Below, one piece after another: positions 25,921 to 35,429 of a stretch of DNA of 64,000 bases. The notes beneath the pieces were generated by a model. The model saw only the letters and a list, made by a program, of their open reading frames with translations, did not search any database and was not told where the DNA came from. The first letter of the stretch is position 1; each line of letters opens with the position of its first letter. The position numbers were made by a program, and so were the translations under genes. The DNA comes from an uncultured Acidobacteriota bacterium. Its GTDB lineage: Bacteria > Acidobacteriota > UBA6911 > RPQK01 > JAPXNP01. The stretch is from the NCBI GenBank assembly GCA_963777605.1, contig CAVZRV010000031.1, forward strand, positions 256,001 to 320,000, written 5' to 3'.

Positions 25921-27393
25921 TTGTCCGAACAAATTCCAGAATCCAAGCCATTGCCATTGCCCGGTCAACGGCGTCGGTCCATAGTCTCCGAACTGAACTA
26001 CAAAGAGGTCTTCGAGTGGTTCTGCAAGCGCAGCAACGGTGAGATCTTCCGCAGCGAAGTCGCCCTGCGTGCGTGCAGACTGTCCAGCCATGACTGGATC
26101 ATCGCTTCCGTCCGGGACGCCGCCTCGATGACCGATCACCGGCGGACACTGGAAACCCTTCTTGCCAACGAAGAGCGCCTGCGGATGGCCGGAACTCACA
26201 TGGACATTTCCGAACGGAAGACGGCCGAAGCGGAAAGGGAGAAACTCCAGGAGCAATTGCAGCAGGCGCTGAAGATGGAAGCAGTCGGAAGACTGGCAGG
26301 GGGCGTGGCGCATGACTTCAACAATCTGCTGACCACGATCAGTGGCAACGTTGAACTTTCCCTGACGGGACTTGATCCGTCGGACCCGCTTGCCCAGCAA
26401 CTCGAAGAAATCCGGACAGCCGCGGCCAGCGCGGCATCGTTGACACGGCAACTGCTGGCATTTTCGCGACGGCAGAAGATCGAACCCGTCGTCTTCAACC
26501 TGAACGAGATGGTCGAGAGACTCCAGAAAATGCTGGCCCGACTGATCGGGGGAAACATCGAAATACAGATCAACCTGGCCAGGGATCTCGGTGCCGTCCG
26601 GGTTGATCCGGGTCAGTTCGAGCAGGTGCTCGTCAACCTGGGGGTAAACGCCCGCGATGCGATGCCTGGCGGCGGGAGGCTCCTCATCGAGACGTACAAT
26701 CTTGAGGTCGAGCGAGAATCCCGTCTCAACAACTCCGCGTTGCAACCGGGAAGATACGTTACGCTAGTCGTTTCCGATACCGGAGAGGGCATGAAGCCCG
26801 AAGTCCGGAAGCACCTATTCGAGCCCTTTTATACGACCAAGGGAACCGGCCATGGGACGGGGTTGGGCCTGGCAACAGCATTCGGGACCGTGACTCAGGC
26901 AGGCGGTGCCATCGATGTCGAATCTGAAGTCGGGGAAGGGACGACGGTCCGGATCTTTCTCCCTCGAGTTGCAGAGAAGGCCCGGACGCTATCTTCGGAG
27001 AATGGAACCGATATGCACCCGGGCGGCCATGAAACCATACTGCTGGTTGAAGACGAAGACAGTGTCCGCAAGCTGGCGCAGAGAATTCTGAAGCGCCTCG
27101 GATACCAGGTACTTGAGGCCCCCAACGGGATTGAGGCCCTCAGGATCGCCGAGAAGCACGATTGCACCATCGACCTCCTGATGACCGATGTCGTGATGCC
27201 GGGGATGAATGGCCGGGAATTGGCCGAGAGGTTGGCCCGGCTCCAGCCGGGAATGAAGGTGCTGTTGACGTCGGGCTATGCCCAAGGCGTCATTGGAACC
27301 ACGGTGAAAACGGAGGAGGACATGAACTTCATCGGGAAGCCGTACACGATGCAGGCCCTCGCCGAAAAGCTTCGGGAGATCCTTGCCCTCTGA
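25921..27393 (+). CDS. Hybrid histidine kinase/receiver (CckA-like) with truncated PAS input
   Basis: H box LAGGVAHDFNNLL, NARDAM, FEPFYTTK, GTGLGL, receiver ILLVEDE...LMTDVVMPGMNG. Only PAS C-terminal fragments lie upstream. Confidence 0.9.
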   Translation: MSEQIPESKPLPLPGQRRRSIVSELNYKEVFEWFCKRSNGEIFRSEVALRACRLSSHDWIIASVRDAASMTDHRRTLETLLANEERLRMAGTHMDISERKTAEAEREKLQEQLQQALKMEAVGRLAGGVAHDFNNLLTTISGNVELSLTGLDPSDPLAQQLEEIRTAAASAASLTRQLLAFSRRQKIEPVVFNLNEMVERLQKMLARLIGGNIEIQINLARDLGAVRVDPGQFEQVLVNLGVNARDAMPGGGRLLIETYNLEVERESRLNNSALQPGRYVTLVVSDTGEGMKPEVRKHLFEPFYTTKGTGHGTGLGLATAFGTVTQAGGAIDVESEVGEGTTVRIFLPRVAEKARTLSSENGTDMHPGGHETILLVEDEDSVRKLAQRILKRLGYQVLEAPNGIEALRIAEKHDCTIDLLMTDVVMPGMNGRELAERLARLQPGMKVLLTSGYAQGVIGTTVKTEEDMNFIGKPYTMQALAEKLREILAL

Positions 27394-27437
27394 ATTCTCT
27401 CCAGTGCCGACATCGACACGCTGGCCGCACCGAACAA

Positions 27438-28514
27438 TCAACGGGAGTCATCCAAAGTCAACTCCACCTTGAGCCACCAGCGGGGTTTGTCCACGATCTT
27501 GATCGGAATCCCGGCGAATTTGCCGGTCGCAGAGGTCCACACCGAGAAGTCATGCCCGCCGGATTCTCCTTTCCGGCCGGTTTCAAAGTCGATCTCGAAG
27601 ACATCTCGGACGCTCTGATTGTGTTCCAATTCCACCTCGTCGTGATGCTTGACCCTCTTGATCTCGAGTGAGTAGTCCCGGGCATTGTAGACGTAGCTTC
27701 TCTCCTGGTCTTTCAGCTGATCCCAGCGTTTCTTGTCGACACCTGCCCTGATCACGTCCGAGAGGCAGGCAGCGACCGCCGTCAGGAACCCGAGCGGCTG
27801 CGAAGGCGGCGGTTGATGAGTCAGCGTTCTGACCTCATCCGGCGGATTGACCTTCAGCAGGTCCAGATACTGCCCCGCAATTCCAGCAGGATCCTCGAAC
27901 GACGCCACCGCAGGGGCGACAAAGCGACGGATCTCAACAGACGCGTGATCCGGGAAAACGGAGCTTACGGTTCCTTCGAAGGCCGTTTCCTCGGATGCGG
28001 CGCCTTCGCCTTTCCTCACCTCTGAAAGCGAGTCTTCACTCGACTTCGTCATGAAACCTTCAAAGACGGTCTTTGCCAGTGCCGGTTTGGACGAAGCCGC
28101 TTCCGCCTCATCCCAAAACGCGAGTTCGCGGGCATAGCCCCACCGGTTGTGCCCACCCGGCACCGCCTCCGGCTTTGACCCGAAAAGCACTTCCCATCCA
28201 TCAAACCAGGAGCCCGTCTGATCCCCGCTCGATCGAATCCTGCTGACCCATCCTCCGCCGACTCCACTCTTGCCAATCCAGAAGAACAGAAGACGGACAC
28301 TTCCCCGCATGTCGTAGTGGAATCGCTCGATCACCACGGGCTGGTTTGAATCAGGAAGCGGGAAGCCCTCCCATTCCTGCTCCGAGCCGAACACGGAGGA
28401 AATGGAGAGGACCCCAATGACTAAAGGCCAGGCCAAGGCGGCCGCCCCCCTCGAACACTGAGGGCTTGCCGCTCGACTTCTGATTTTTTCAAGGCTGCTG
28501 AACATCGTGACCAC
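27438..28514 (-). CDS. Hypothetical secreted protein
   Basis: Signal-like segment. LLFFWIGKSGVGGG...LFGSKP...NRWGY motif. Beta-rich C-terminus PRWWLKVELTL. Confidence 0.65.
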   Translation of the reverse strand: MVTMFSSLEKIRSRAASPQCSRGAAALAWPLVIGVLSISSVFGSEQEWEGFPLPDSNQPVVIERFHYDMRGSVRLLFFWIGKSGVGGGWVSRIRSSGDQTGSWFDGWEVLFGSKPEAVPGGHNRWGYARELAFWDEAEAASSKPALAKTVFEGFMTKSSEDSLSEVRKGEGAASEETAFEGTVSSVFPDHASVEIRRFVAPAVASFEDPAGIAGQYLDLLKVNPPDEVRTLTHQPPPSQPLGFLTAVAACLSDVIRAGVDKKRWDQLKDQERSYVYNARDYSLEIKRVKHHDEVELEHNQSVRDVFEIDFETGRKGESGGHDFSVWTSATGKFAGIPIKIVDKPRWWLKVELTLDDSR

Positions 28515-28766
28515 CCAACAAGCCTAAACTACAGCGTGTTCCGAAGGGTAGGAAAGAAATGCATCATCAGAACTGCTTCAGCAGCATTGAGTGGTCTCTG
28601 GCTCTTCCCCTGGTAGTCGCCGCCTTGAGTCCACTCCCGGCGCCGGCGCCAAATGGCTCGGCAAATCCAATTCTGTCGGCGGGTTACGACTGCCGACAGT
28701 GGCATTTCAGGAGTTACCCACCCAGCCCATGTTCCGGGTCAGGTTCGCCCCCGGCGACTCCGGACG

Positions 28767-29610
28767 ATTCAGAGAGTGAAACTGGGTCCGCGAACCCGGG
28801 GGCGCGGCTTCGCCTTACCCCCGGCTCTGTGTCCGTGCCATTCCACGTTTCAAATGGACCCAGGATCCAAGCTTCAGGTGACGTTTCAGGTCAGCCCCGC
28901 CGCCGCGCCCTCCGCGGATCATTCAAAGAGTGAAACTGGTGGAGCATCGCCAGATGAGCGCGCCAACGGCGCAGGGTCATTTCCAGCCCGGCGGCAACGC
29001 CCCGGGAATCGGAGCCAAGACGGCAATGCAGCACTGAAAGTGCGATTCAGTCCCGGCGGCGGACGGTTTCAGAAAAACCCGGAAATCAAGAATCCTGGAT
29101 TGAGAAGGTTCACTTCCGCCGGGCAAGCTGCCCGGCCGCCATTTCAGGCAGGGATGCCTGGATTACTTTCCCTCCAGAAACGAGAAACCAGGAACCAGGA
29201 ACTCATCTCGATTGAAGTTTCAGGTCAGCCGGGCCCCCGGCGCCGCCGGACCATTCAGAGAGTGAAACTGGGAGGATTGGCGCCTTGGCTTCAGCACCTC
29301 GATTGCGGCCTGTAAGGTCGCGCCCCGGATTCACTTCGTCCGAAGAGGTGTTCAGCCCCTTCAGGGCTGGATTCTTGATGGGTGGACCGTGAACCCAGGC
29401 AAATGCCTGGGCTGGAAACAGGCCCCCTTCAGGGGCCAGTCCGGCGCCGATCCTGTGATCATCACTCATCCAAGTCTGGCACCTGACCAGGATCCAGGAT
29501 CCAGGATCCAGCCGAGAGCCACGGTTTTTGAGTTCCACCGATCGCCCGATTCTCCGTCCAGACGCATCCAATTCGTCCAGGTCTTTCAACTCATCCAAAT
29601 TGAAGTTTCA
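28767..29610. repeat. Tandem array of three modular repeat elements (copies A, B, C)
   Basis: ATTCAGAGAGTGAAACTGG-like left ends at 28767, 28921 and 29253. GTTTCAG right ends at 28883, 29217 and 29605. Internal REP-like palindromes differ between copies. Confidence 0.8.
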
Positions 29611-29701
29611 GATCGGGCTGCCGATCCTCAAGTTGGATCTGCCCACATCCCTGAAATTGTAGTGCGAATTGACGGAGCACAGTCTCGCGAGGGCACCGTC
29701 G

Positions 29702-31042
29702 TCAGTGGCCTGTCCCAGAAAGCCGGGCGCTGCGAGCGCCCAGCAGGAACCTGAGCCATTCGCGAGCCACCAGACGATGGTAGGGCTCGGTCATGTGAAT
29801 CTTGTCGAGGCAGAGGAAGCTGGCCCGGTCCGGCGCGGCGTTCAAGAGAGGCTCAACTTCGATCACTCTCAACCCCAACTCGCCGGCCTTTTCCCACAAC
29901 GGCTCCGGCCCGGTCGCTTCCGACGGATCCTGGAGGTTGTCGAAGGTGCAGACCCGGGCGCCGGAGCCGGCCAGGCCGTTGCACATACTCGCGAAGTCAG
30001 TACGATCCTCCTCGCCACGCAAAGCCACCGCGAAAAGGACCAGGTCGGGCTTCCAATCCAGGACCTCGCTGTAAAAATTCCGATAAGCGCGGCTTGCCGT
30101 CAACCCTCCAGCGCCCCACTGCCGGTACTGGATCGCGGGATTGGTCATCGCGAGAACGGCGCCCACGACCGCCGCAAAGGAGCCGGGGGTAGCCCAGTGG
30201 CTCTGCATCGTGAAGGAGTGGCCGATGACGGCAATCCGTCGAGGTTCCAGTGCCTTCATTGACGGAATGAGAATTCGGATGTCCGGCTCTTCCAGTAATT
30301 CCCGCGCCATCACAAATTGGTCGCGGACATGAAGGTTCTTGAGTCCCCAATTCCAGATCTTGCGCCCGCAGATCTCCCAGGCGAAGGGCGTGCTCGGGCT
30401 GTCGGGAAAGGGCGCGTCACAGGTAATCTGAGCCAGTTTCCTGCCGACCGCCAGAAAATCCTCGTCCGTTCCGGGCAGGCCCAGTTGACCTGTGTAGGTG
30501 GGCAATCCAAGTGCCTGAATGAAATCCATCAGGTCCCAAAGCAGTGTCCCGTCCCGATCCACTTCCAGGCAGACCTGGTAAAGAGTGGCAATTGCACGGG
30601 CATTCACCCGATCCGCTCCGGTGGTCTCTATCAGGTAACTGCTGAACACGTTGACCGGGAGCTTCGGGTCGAGCCGGAGCGGGGCGTTCAGCATCGGCTC
30701 CAGATCTCTTGCGGGGTCGAACCGGGTCGGTTCCCGACGGGTCCACGCCAGGACCTGGATGAGGTCGTCGTGAAGCAGGGCCGCCTGGTGATCGACAAGC
30801 GACTGGAGTTCCGGCTCCGAAAGGCCGTTCGGGGAAAAGCAGATCAAGTCAGACCTGCCCGACTGCTTCGCCAGCAAAACCTGGTAGGCGTGGGTCGCAA
30901 CGATATTCGCTTCGATCAACTGCTCCAGTCGGCTGGCAGGTTGTTCAGCGCCTCCCGGAACGGGATGACTCTCACCCCGAACAGAGACCAGGCATCCCAT
31001 GCACAACACACCCAGAAGCGAAACATGCGCTCGACGATTCAT
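29702..31042 (-). CDS. Secreted protein with C-terminal SGNH/GDSL hydrolase domain
   Basis: Signal peptide. IAVIGHSFT (block I), KPDLVLF, DKIHMTEPYH (block V). Confidence 0.7.
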   Translation of the reverse strand: MNRRAHVSLLGVLCMGCLVSVRGESHPVPGGAEQPASRLEQLIEANIVATHAYQVLLAKQSGRSDLICFSPNGLSEPELQSLVDHQAALLHDDLIQVLAWTRREPTRFDPARDLEPMLNAPLRLDPKLPVNVFSSYLIETTGADRVNARAIATLYQVCLEVDRDGTLLWDLMDFIQALGLPTYTGQLGLPGTDEDFLAVGRKLAQITCDAPFPDSPSTPFAWEICGRKIWNWGLKNLHVRDQFVMARELLEEPDIRILIPSMKALEPRRIAVIGHSFTMQSHWATPGSFAAVVGAVLAMTNPAIQYRQWGAGGLTASRAYRNFYSEVLDWKPDLVLFAVALRGEEDRTDFASMCNGLAGSGARVCTFDNLQDPSEATGPEPLWEKAGELGLRVIEVEPLLNAAPDRASFLCLDKIHMTEPYHRLVAREWLRFLLGARSARLSGTGH

Positions 31043-31224
31043 CGTGAAACTCTCCCCGGACAGGTTTTGGCTCGTTGAAAGTCAACATAGTCAAGAAATC
31101 CGGAAAACTCAATGATTTGTTAGTTCTCGGTCCAGGGCTGAATCATCGGGTCGAACCGTTCAGTCGGGACAGCCCGCTGCCGGTGCCACCGAGCCAAGGT
31201 TCGTTCGGCCGGTTGGCGAAAACC

Positions 31225-32534
31225 CTACGCCCGAACCAATTCGTGCTTCTTAATGAAATCGGGAGAAATGTCTACTCCGAGACCGGGGCCGGTCGGGACC
31301 AGGATCTCCCCGTTTTCGACCTGCAACGGGGAGCTCTCACAGCTGAACTCGACTTCGGTGTGCAGTCCCTTGAACTCGTGGTGCTCCAGCGCATTGGGGA
31401 GCGCCGAAACGAAGTGCATCATGTAGAGGAACCCCAGGCCACCTCCCGACATGTGCGGCGTGCAGGTGCTTCCCGAAGGCCTGCGGCCATCCGGGCGACT
31501 TTCATGGATCGGATCATCCCTCCGAAGTAGTAATTGTCCGGCTGTACAACCTGGAGCCCGTCGTTGGCAACCAGCCATCGGAAGCCATGGAGGCTGTATT
31601 CCTGCTCACCTCCGGCAACCGGAAGGTCAAGGGCATCGGCAACCTGTCTGGTTTCTTCGTACCAGTCAAACAGGACCGGCTCCTCGAAGAAGCGGTAGCG
31701 GTATTCTTCGAGGAGCCTGCCGACCCGGATAGCTTCGTCCACGGAGTAGAAGCCGTTGGCGTCGGCGTAGAGGTTCATGTCGTCGCCAAAGGTCCTGCGG
31801 ATGAGGGGGATCATCGTCTCGGTCCTTCCCGGAGGGCCGACCGCGTTGATATCGGCCGTCATGAACATGAGGCCGCCGACCTTGATCTTGAGCGCATGGG
31901 CATTGTATTCGGCAACGTCCCGCTGGATCAGTTCCAGGGACTCCTCGACCGGCTTTTCCCGGTACTCAGTCGCCTGGTAGACCGCAACCCTTGGGTGGTG
32001 GATCTCGCCGATCAGCTGTCCGATGGACTTCCCCGAGATCCGCCCCATCATGTCGAGAATGGCAAACTCAATCGTGGCGAGTGGTATCCCCAGGGCCATT
32101 CCACTCAACCGGAAATTGAGGTTGTAGACGTAAACCTTGTCGAGCAGCAGATCGAGGTCGCGGGCGTCCTTGCCGATGAAAAAGGGCTGCAATGCGTGGG
32201 TAAAGATCGGGTAGAGCGAGTTCAGCGTGCTGTGCCCCACCGAGAATCCCTCCGCCCCATCCGCCGACCGCACCCGACACAGGTAGCTGCTCCCGTTTCG
32301 AAGCAGTTCGAGCGACTCGATGACTACCGGATCGGCGAACAGCGCCCGCTTCAACACCGGCTCTCGGAGCACCGAGTCGAGCTGATCGTAGCGATCCTTG
32401 ATCGGACTCGAATGATTCGCCTGAGGTGGCGGGCCTCCACATGAAGAAACTGTAGCGGCCAGGCTACCGGCCAGCGCGGAGTTCACGAATTGACGTCGAC
32501 TTGGCTTTCCCATCCCGGCCCTGCCTTTCTTCAT
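31225..32534 (-). CDS. Tat-exported mandelate racemase/muconate lactonizing enzyme family protein (frameshift near 31470)
   Basis: SRRQF Tat motif with lipobox-like [31 protein letters not shown]. Confidence 0.9.
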
Positions 32535-32708
32535 TACGCCCCCAGCGGTCCGACGACACCAGAACCGACAGCGAAGTCACATTTTTGCCGCTGAGAATCC
32601 GATCCGACGGGGACCCAGCATTTTCCAGTTCGCCGGACAAGTCAACCCCCAGACTCCCAGCGACTGAATCAGGCGCCCGCGGGGGCCGCTCCCTCCGCAC
32701 AGGAGATC

Positions 32709-33094
32709 ATTCAGAGAGTGAAACGGGACCTGGCGCTGAAGGTCCTTGGTTCAGCCCAGGGCTTGCCCGGTCTGTGGTCCTGCACTTCGACTGCGGCCTG
32801 TAAGGTCGCGCCCCGGATTCACCTCGTCCGACGAGGTATTCAGCCCTTTCAGGGCTGGATTCTTGATGGGTGGACCGTGCACCCAGGCAAATGCCTGGGC
32901 TGGAAACAGGCCCCCTTCAGGGGCCCGCCCGGCGCCGATCCTGTGATCCTCACTCATCCACGTCTGCCACCTGACCAGGAACCAGGATCCAGCCGATAAT
33001 GGCGGCCTCATTGCTACTCCAGCGATCGCCTCAATCATCAGCCGGCCGCGTCCAAATCATCCAGGTTTTCCAACTCCTCCAAATTGAAGTTTAA
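32709..33094. repeat. Modular intergenic repeat element, copy D
   Basis: Left end ATTCAGAGAGTGAAACG. About 200 bp nearly identical to copy C. About 95 bp right part shared with copy E. Right end CCAACTCCTCCAAATTGAAGTTTAA. Confidence 0.85.
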
Positions 33095-33096
33095 AG

Positions 33097-34026
33097 TCAG
33101 GGTTGTTCCCGCAGGCGCTTGTAGGCTTTCGGATAGCGATTGGCCGGACCGTAGACCGGGTTCCAGGACGAGCGCTCACTGCGCAGGGCATCCAGGTCCA
33201 GATCTCCGACGAGTACCCCTTCCGACCGGTCGAGTTCATCCCGGGTGGAACCGAGAAAGTCGATGATCGAACTGGTGCCGCTGTTGCGTGGAGCCGCGAA
33301 GTTAACCCGCACCAGGAAAACCTGGTTCTCAAGCGCCCGCGTCTGAAAGAGGTGGACCAGCAAAGGCCGTGAGAAATCCGACGTGCAGTAGGGGATGAAC
33401 ACGACTTCAGCCCCACCCAGCGCGAGTTCCCGGGTCGATTCCGGATGCTGGATGTCGTAACAGATCTGGATTCCGATCCTGGTCCTGATTCCGTCAATCG
33501 TGACGTCCCAAACCGGAAACCCGTCTCCCCGGGTGACTCCCGAGGCGACCATCCAGTTCTGCAGATGCACCTTGCTGTACTTGCCGACGATCTCCCCCGC
33601 GGGATTCATCAACACTGCCGTGTTGAAAAGACGACCGCCGCGGTTCTCATCAATCCCAAAAACGATCCAGACACCCAATTCCCGTGCCAACCTGGCAAAG
33701 TGATCGGTCGCCGGCCCCGGAACCGGTTCCGCCGCTGCCAGAATCCGCGACCTCTCCTCGACCAGCCTGGGGTCGTCGCTCGACTGACCTTCGGAGAGGT
33801 GAACGCGCGGGTAACCCTGCACCGCCGATTCCGGTGTGCACACTATCCGGGCTCCCCGTGCCGCGGCGGCCCGGATCAGCCGGTCGGCCTGCTCCAGGTT
33901 GTAGCTCTTGTCGAGTGTCTTCCCATCCATCTGGATAAGCCCGACTCGCAGTCGCTCTCCTGCCCGGAGATCTGCGGCCGATACGAGAGCGACCACGAGG
34001 GCCAGAACGGCAATCCTGCTTCTCAT
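33097..34026 (-). CDS. Secreted carbon-nitrogen hydrolase (nitrilase superfamily)
   Basis: Catalytic E-K-C triad motifs CTPE, YSKVHL, QICYD. Signal peptide. Confidence 0.9.
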   Translation of the reverse strand: MRSRIAVLALVVALVSAADLRAGERLRVGLIQMDGKTLDKSYNLEQADRLIRAAAARGARIVCTPESAVQGYPRVHLSEGQSSDDPRLVEERSRILAAAEPVPGPATDHFARLARELGVWIVFGIDENRGGRLFNTAVLMNPAGEIVGKYSKVHLQNWMVASGVTRGDGFPVWDVTIDGIRTRIGIQICYDIQHPESTRELALGGAEVVFIPYCTSDFSRPLLVHLFQTRALENQVFLVRVNFAAPRNSGTSSIIDFLGSTRDELDRSEGVLVGDLDLDALRSERSSWNPVYGPANRYPKAYKRLREQP

Positions 34027-34085
34027 CTGCGGGTCTCCTTGACTGCGGCGGCGCAGTACGTCGCGAGGACGGGCCGCAAGGCATG

Positions 34086-35162
34086 TTAACTCCGATCCGC
34101 ATGGCCGAGCAATCGGAGGGTAAGGTTATTCTGGCCCGAGTTTGGCCCGTTGGAGGCGCTTTCAATCGGAATCAAGAGACTGTCCAGGTCAACGGGGTCA
34201 ACACTGCCCCGCCCTGCCAGTGCCTGATCCGACTCCCGATCGCGATCTCTTGTGCTGTCAGAAACCGGACTTGAAGATAGATTCCCGGCCGGAACCAGGA
34301 AAACGAACTCCCCCTGGCCGCTCCGCCCTATCTGAGGGTTCTGGCGCGCGTTCCAGTTGGCGAGAGCGGTCTGGGAAACGTTGGGCTCGATGTAGGCGTA
34401 GAGTTCACTTGAGGTAACGATCCCGTCTCCGTTGGCGTCGGCCTGTCCCTTGAGCCCTTCCAGAAAGAAGTAAGTGAAGAGGCCGTGCCCGTTCCATTCG
34501 TATGCCTGCTGGTCGCTCCGTCCCGCGGCGAGTGCCAACCGGACATCTTTTGAAAGCGCCTGGGCCAGGTAATTCGCCAGGGTTCTCGGGAGTCCGGTTG
34601 CCCGGGTCGAAAGCGCCAGCCCCGAGTAACAGGCGTCGGCAACGAACATGGAGTGTTTGGCGGCCTGGGCCGAAAGCCACGCCTGGACCTCGCGCATCGA
34701 AATTCCGGTCGAGACCCGCCTCTCGTTGTCTCCGTCAACCGGCATCAAATAGCCCATCATTCCATCGCCACTGCCTACCGTCACGGCATGCCCGGCGAAG
34801 TAGATCAGGACACGGTCGTTCTTTTCCACCTCCCGGGGAAGACGATCACCGATCGCTTCGGCAATCCGGCCCCGGGTCGCCTCCGCGTCCAGCAGAAGCG
34901 TTACCTCAAAGCCGCGCTCGGACAACAGCTGTGCCACCGAGCGCGCATCGCGGGCCGCTCCCGGGAGCTCGGGCAGGCTCCGGTATTGGCTGATTCCAAT
35001 GACGACGGCGTGAGAGCGGTCGTACAGGCGGACTTTCCCTTCCAGCCCGCTGTAGCCTTCCGGCGGAGCCTGGTATACCAGGGACTTCAAATCCTGCCGG
35101 GCCTGCGCCCCCATCCAGAAAGCGAAAATTGCGACGACCGCGGCAATCGAGCCGCGCCTCAT
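34086..35162 (-). CDS. Secreted caspase-like peptidase (C14/orthocaspase domain)
   Basis: AVVIGISQY, IYFAGHA (His), VADACYSG (Cys), HGLFTYFFLEGLKGQADANGDG. Confidence 0.85.
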   Translation of the reverse strand: MRRGSIAAVVAIFAFWMGAQARQDLKSLVYQAPPEGYSGLEGKVRLYDRSHAVVIGISQYRSLPELPGAARDARSVAQLLSERGFEVTLLLDAEATRGRIAEAIGDRLPREVEKNDRVLIYFAGHAVTVGSGDGMMGYLMPVDGDNERRVSTGISMREVQAWLSAQAAKHSMFVADACYSGLALSTRATGLPRTLANYLAQALSKDVRLALAAGRSDQQAYEWNGHGLFTYFFLEGLKGQADANGDGIVTSSELYAYIEPNVSQTALANWNARQNPQIGRSGQGEFVFLVPAGNLSSSPVSDSTRDRDRESDQALAGRGSVDPVDLDSLLIPIESASNGPNSGQNNLTLRLLGHADRS

Positions 35163-35429
35163 CAGGTCAGCCTTCTCTGTTTCGGCTGGTGGATCATTGC
35201 TCCGAGTTTACCCGATTACAGAGTGTGGAAAAAGTGCTGCCGGATGAGTGAATACTCCTGTATTGGGGAAGCCGGACCAGGGATTTGACACTCCTTTCAA
35301 GTCTGGTGTTCCGCGAGGGTTGATCTCAATATCAAGCCACCCGGCCTGGTCGAACTGGAGGCCAAGTTCGAACTCAAAGACATGCTCGTCGACGTCGAGA
35401 TCGAGCTCTGACTTCTTCCCGTTTGAGTT

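Noticed and set aside
29203-29598. ORFs inside the repeats (29203..29598, 28653..29315, 32718..32999, 32751..33038)
   Set aside because: Their similarity comes from the DNA repeat. Starts and stops are not conserved between copies and there are no protein motifs.
28739-29610. CRISPR array or classical integron attC array
   Set aside because: The repeats are degenerate and the intervening segments are 100-335 bp of palindromes. There is no cas or intI gene, and no clear RYYYAAC/GTTRRRY boxes.
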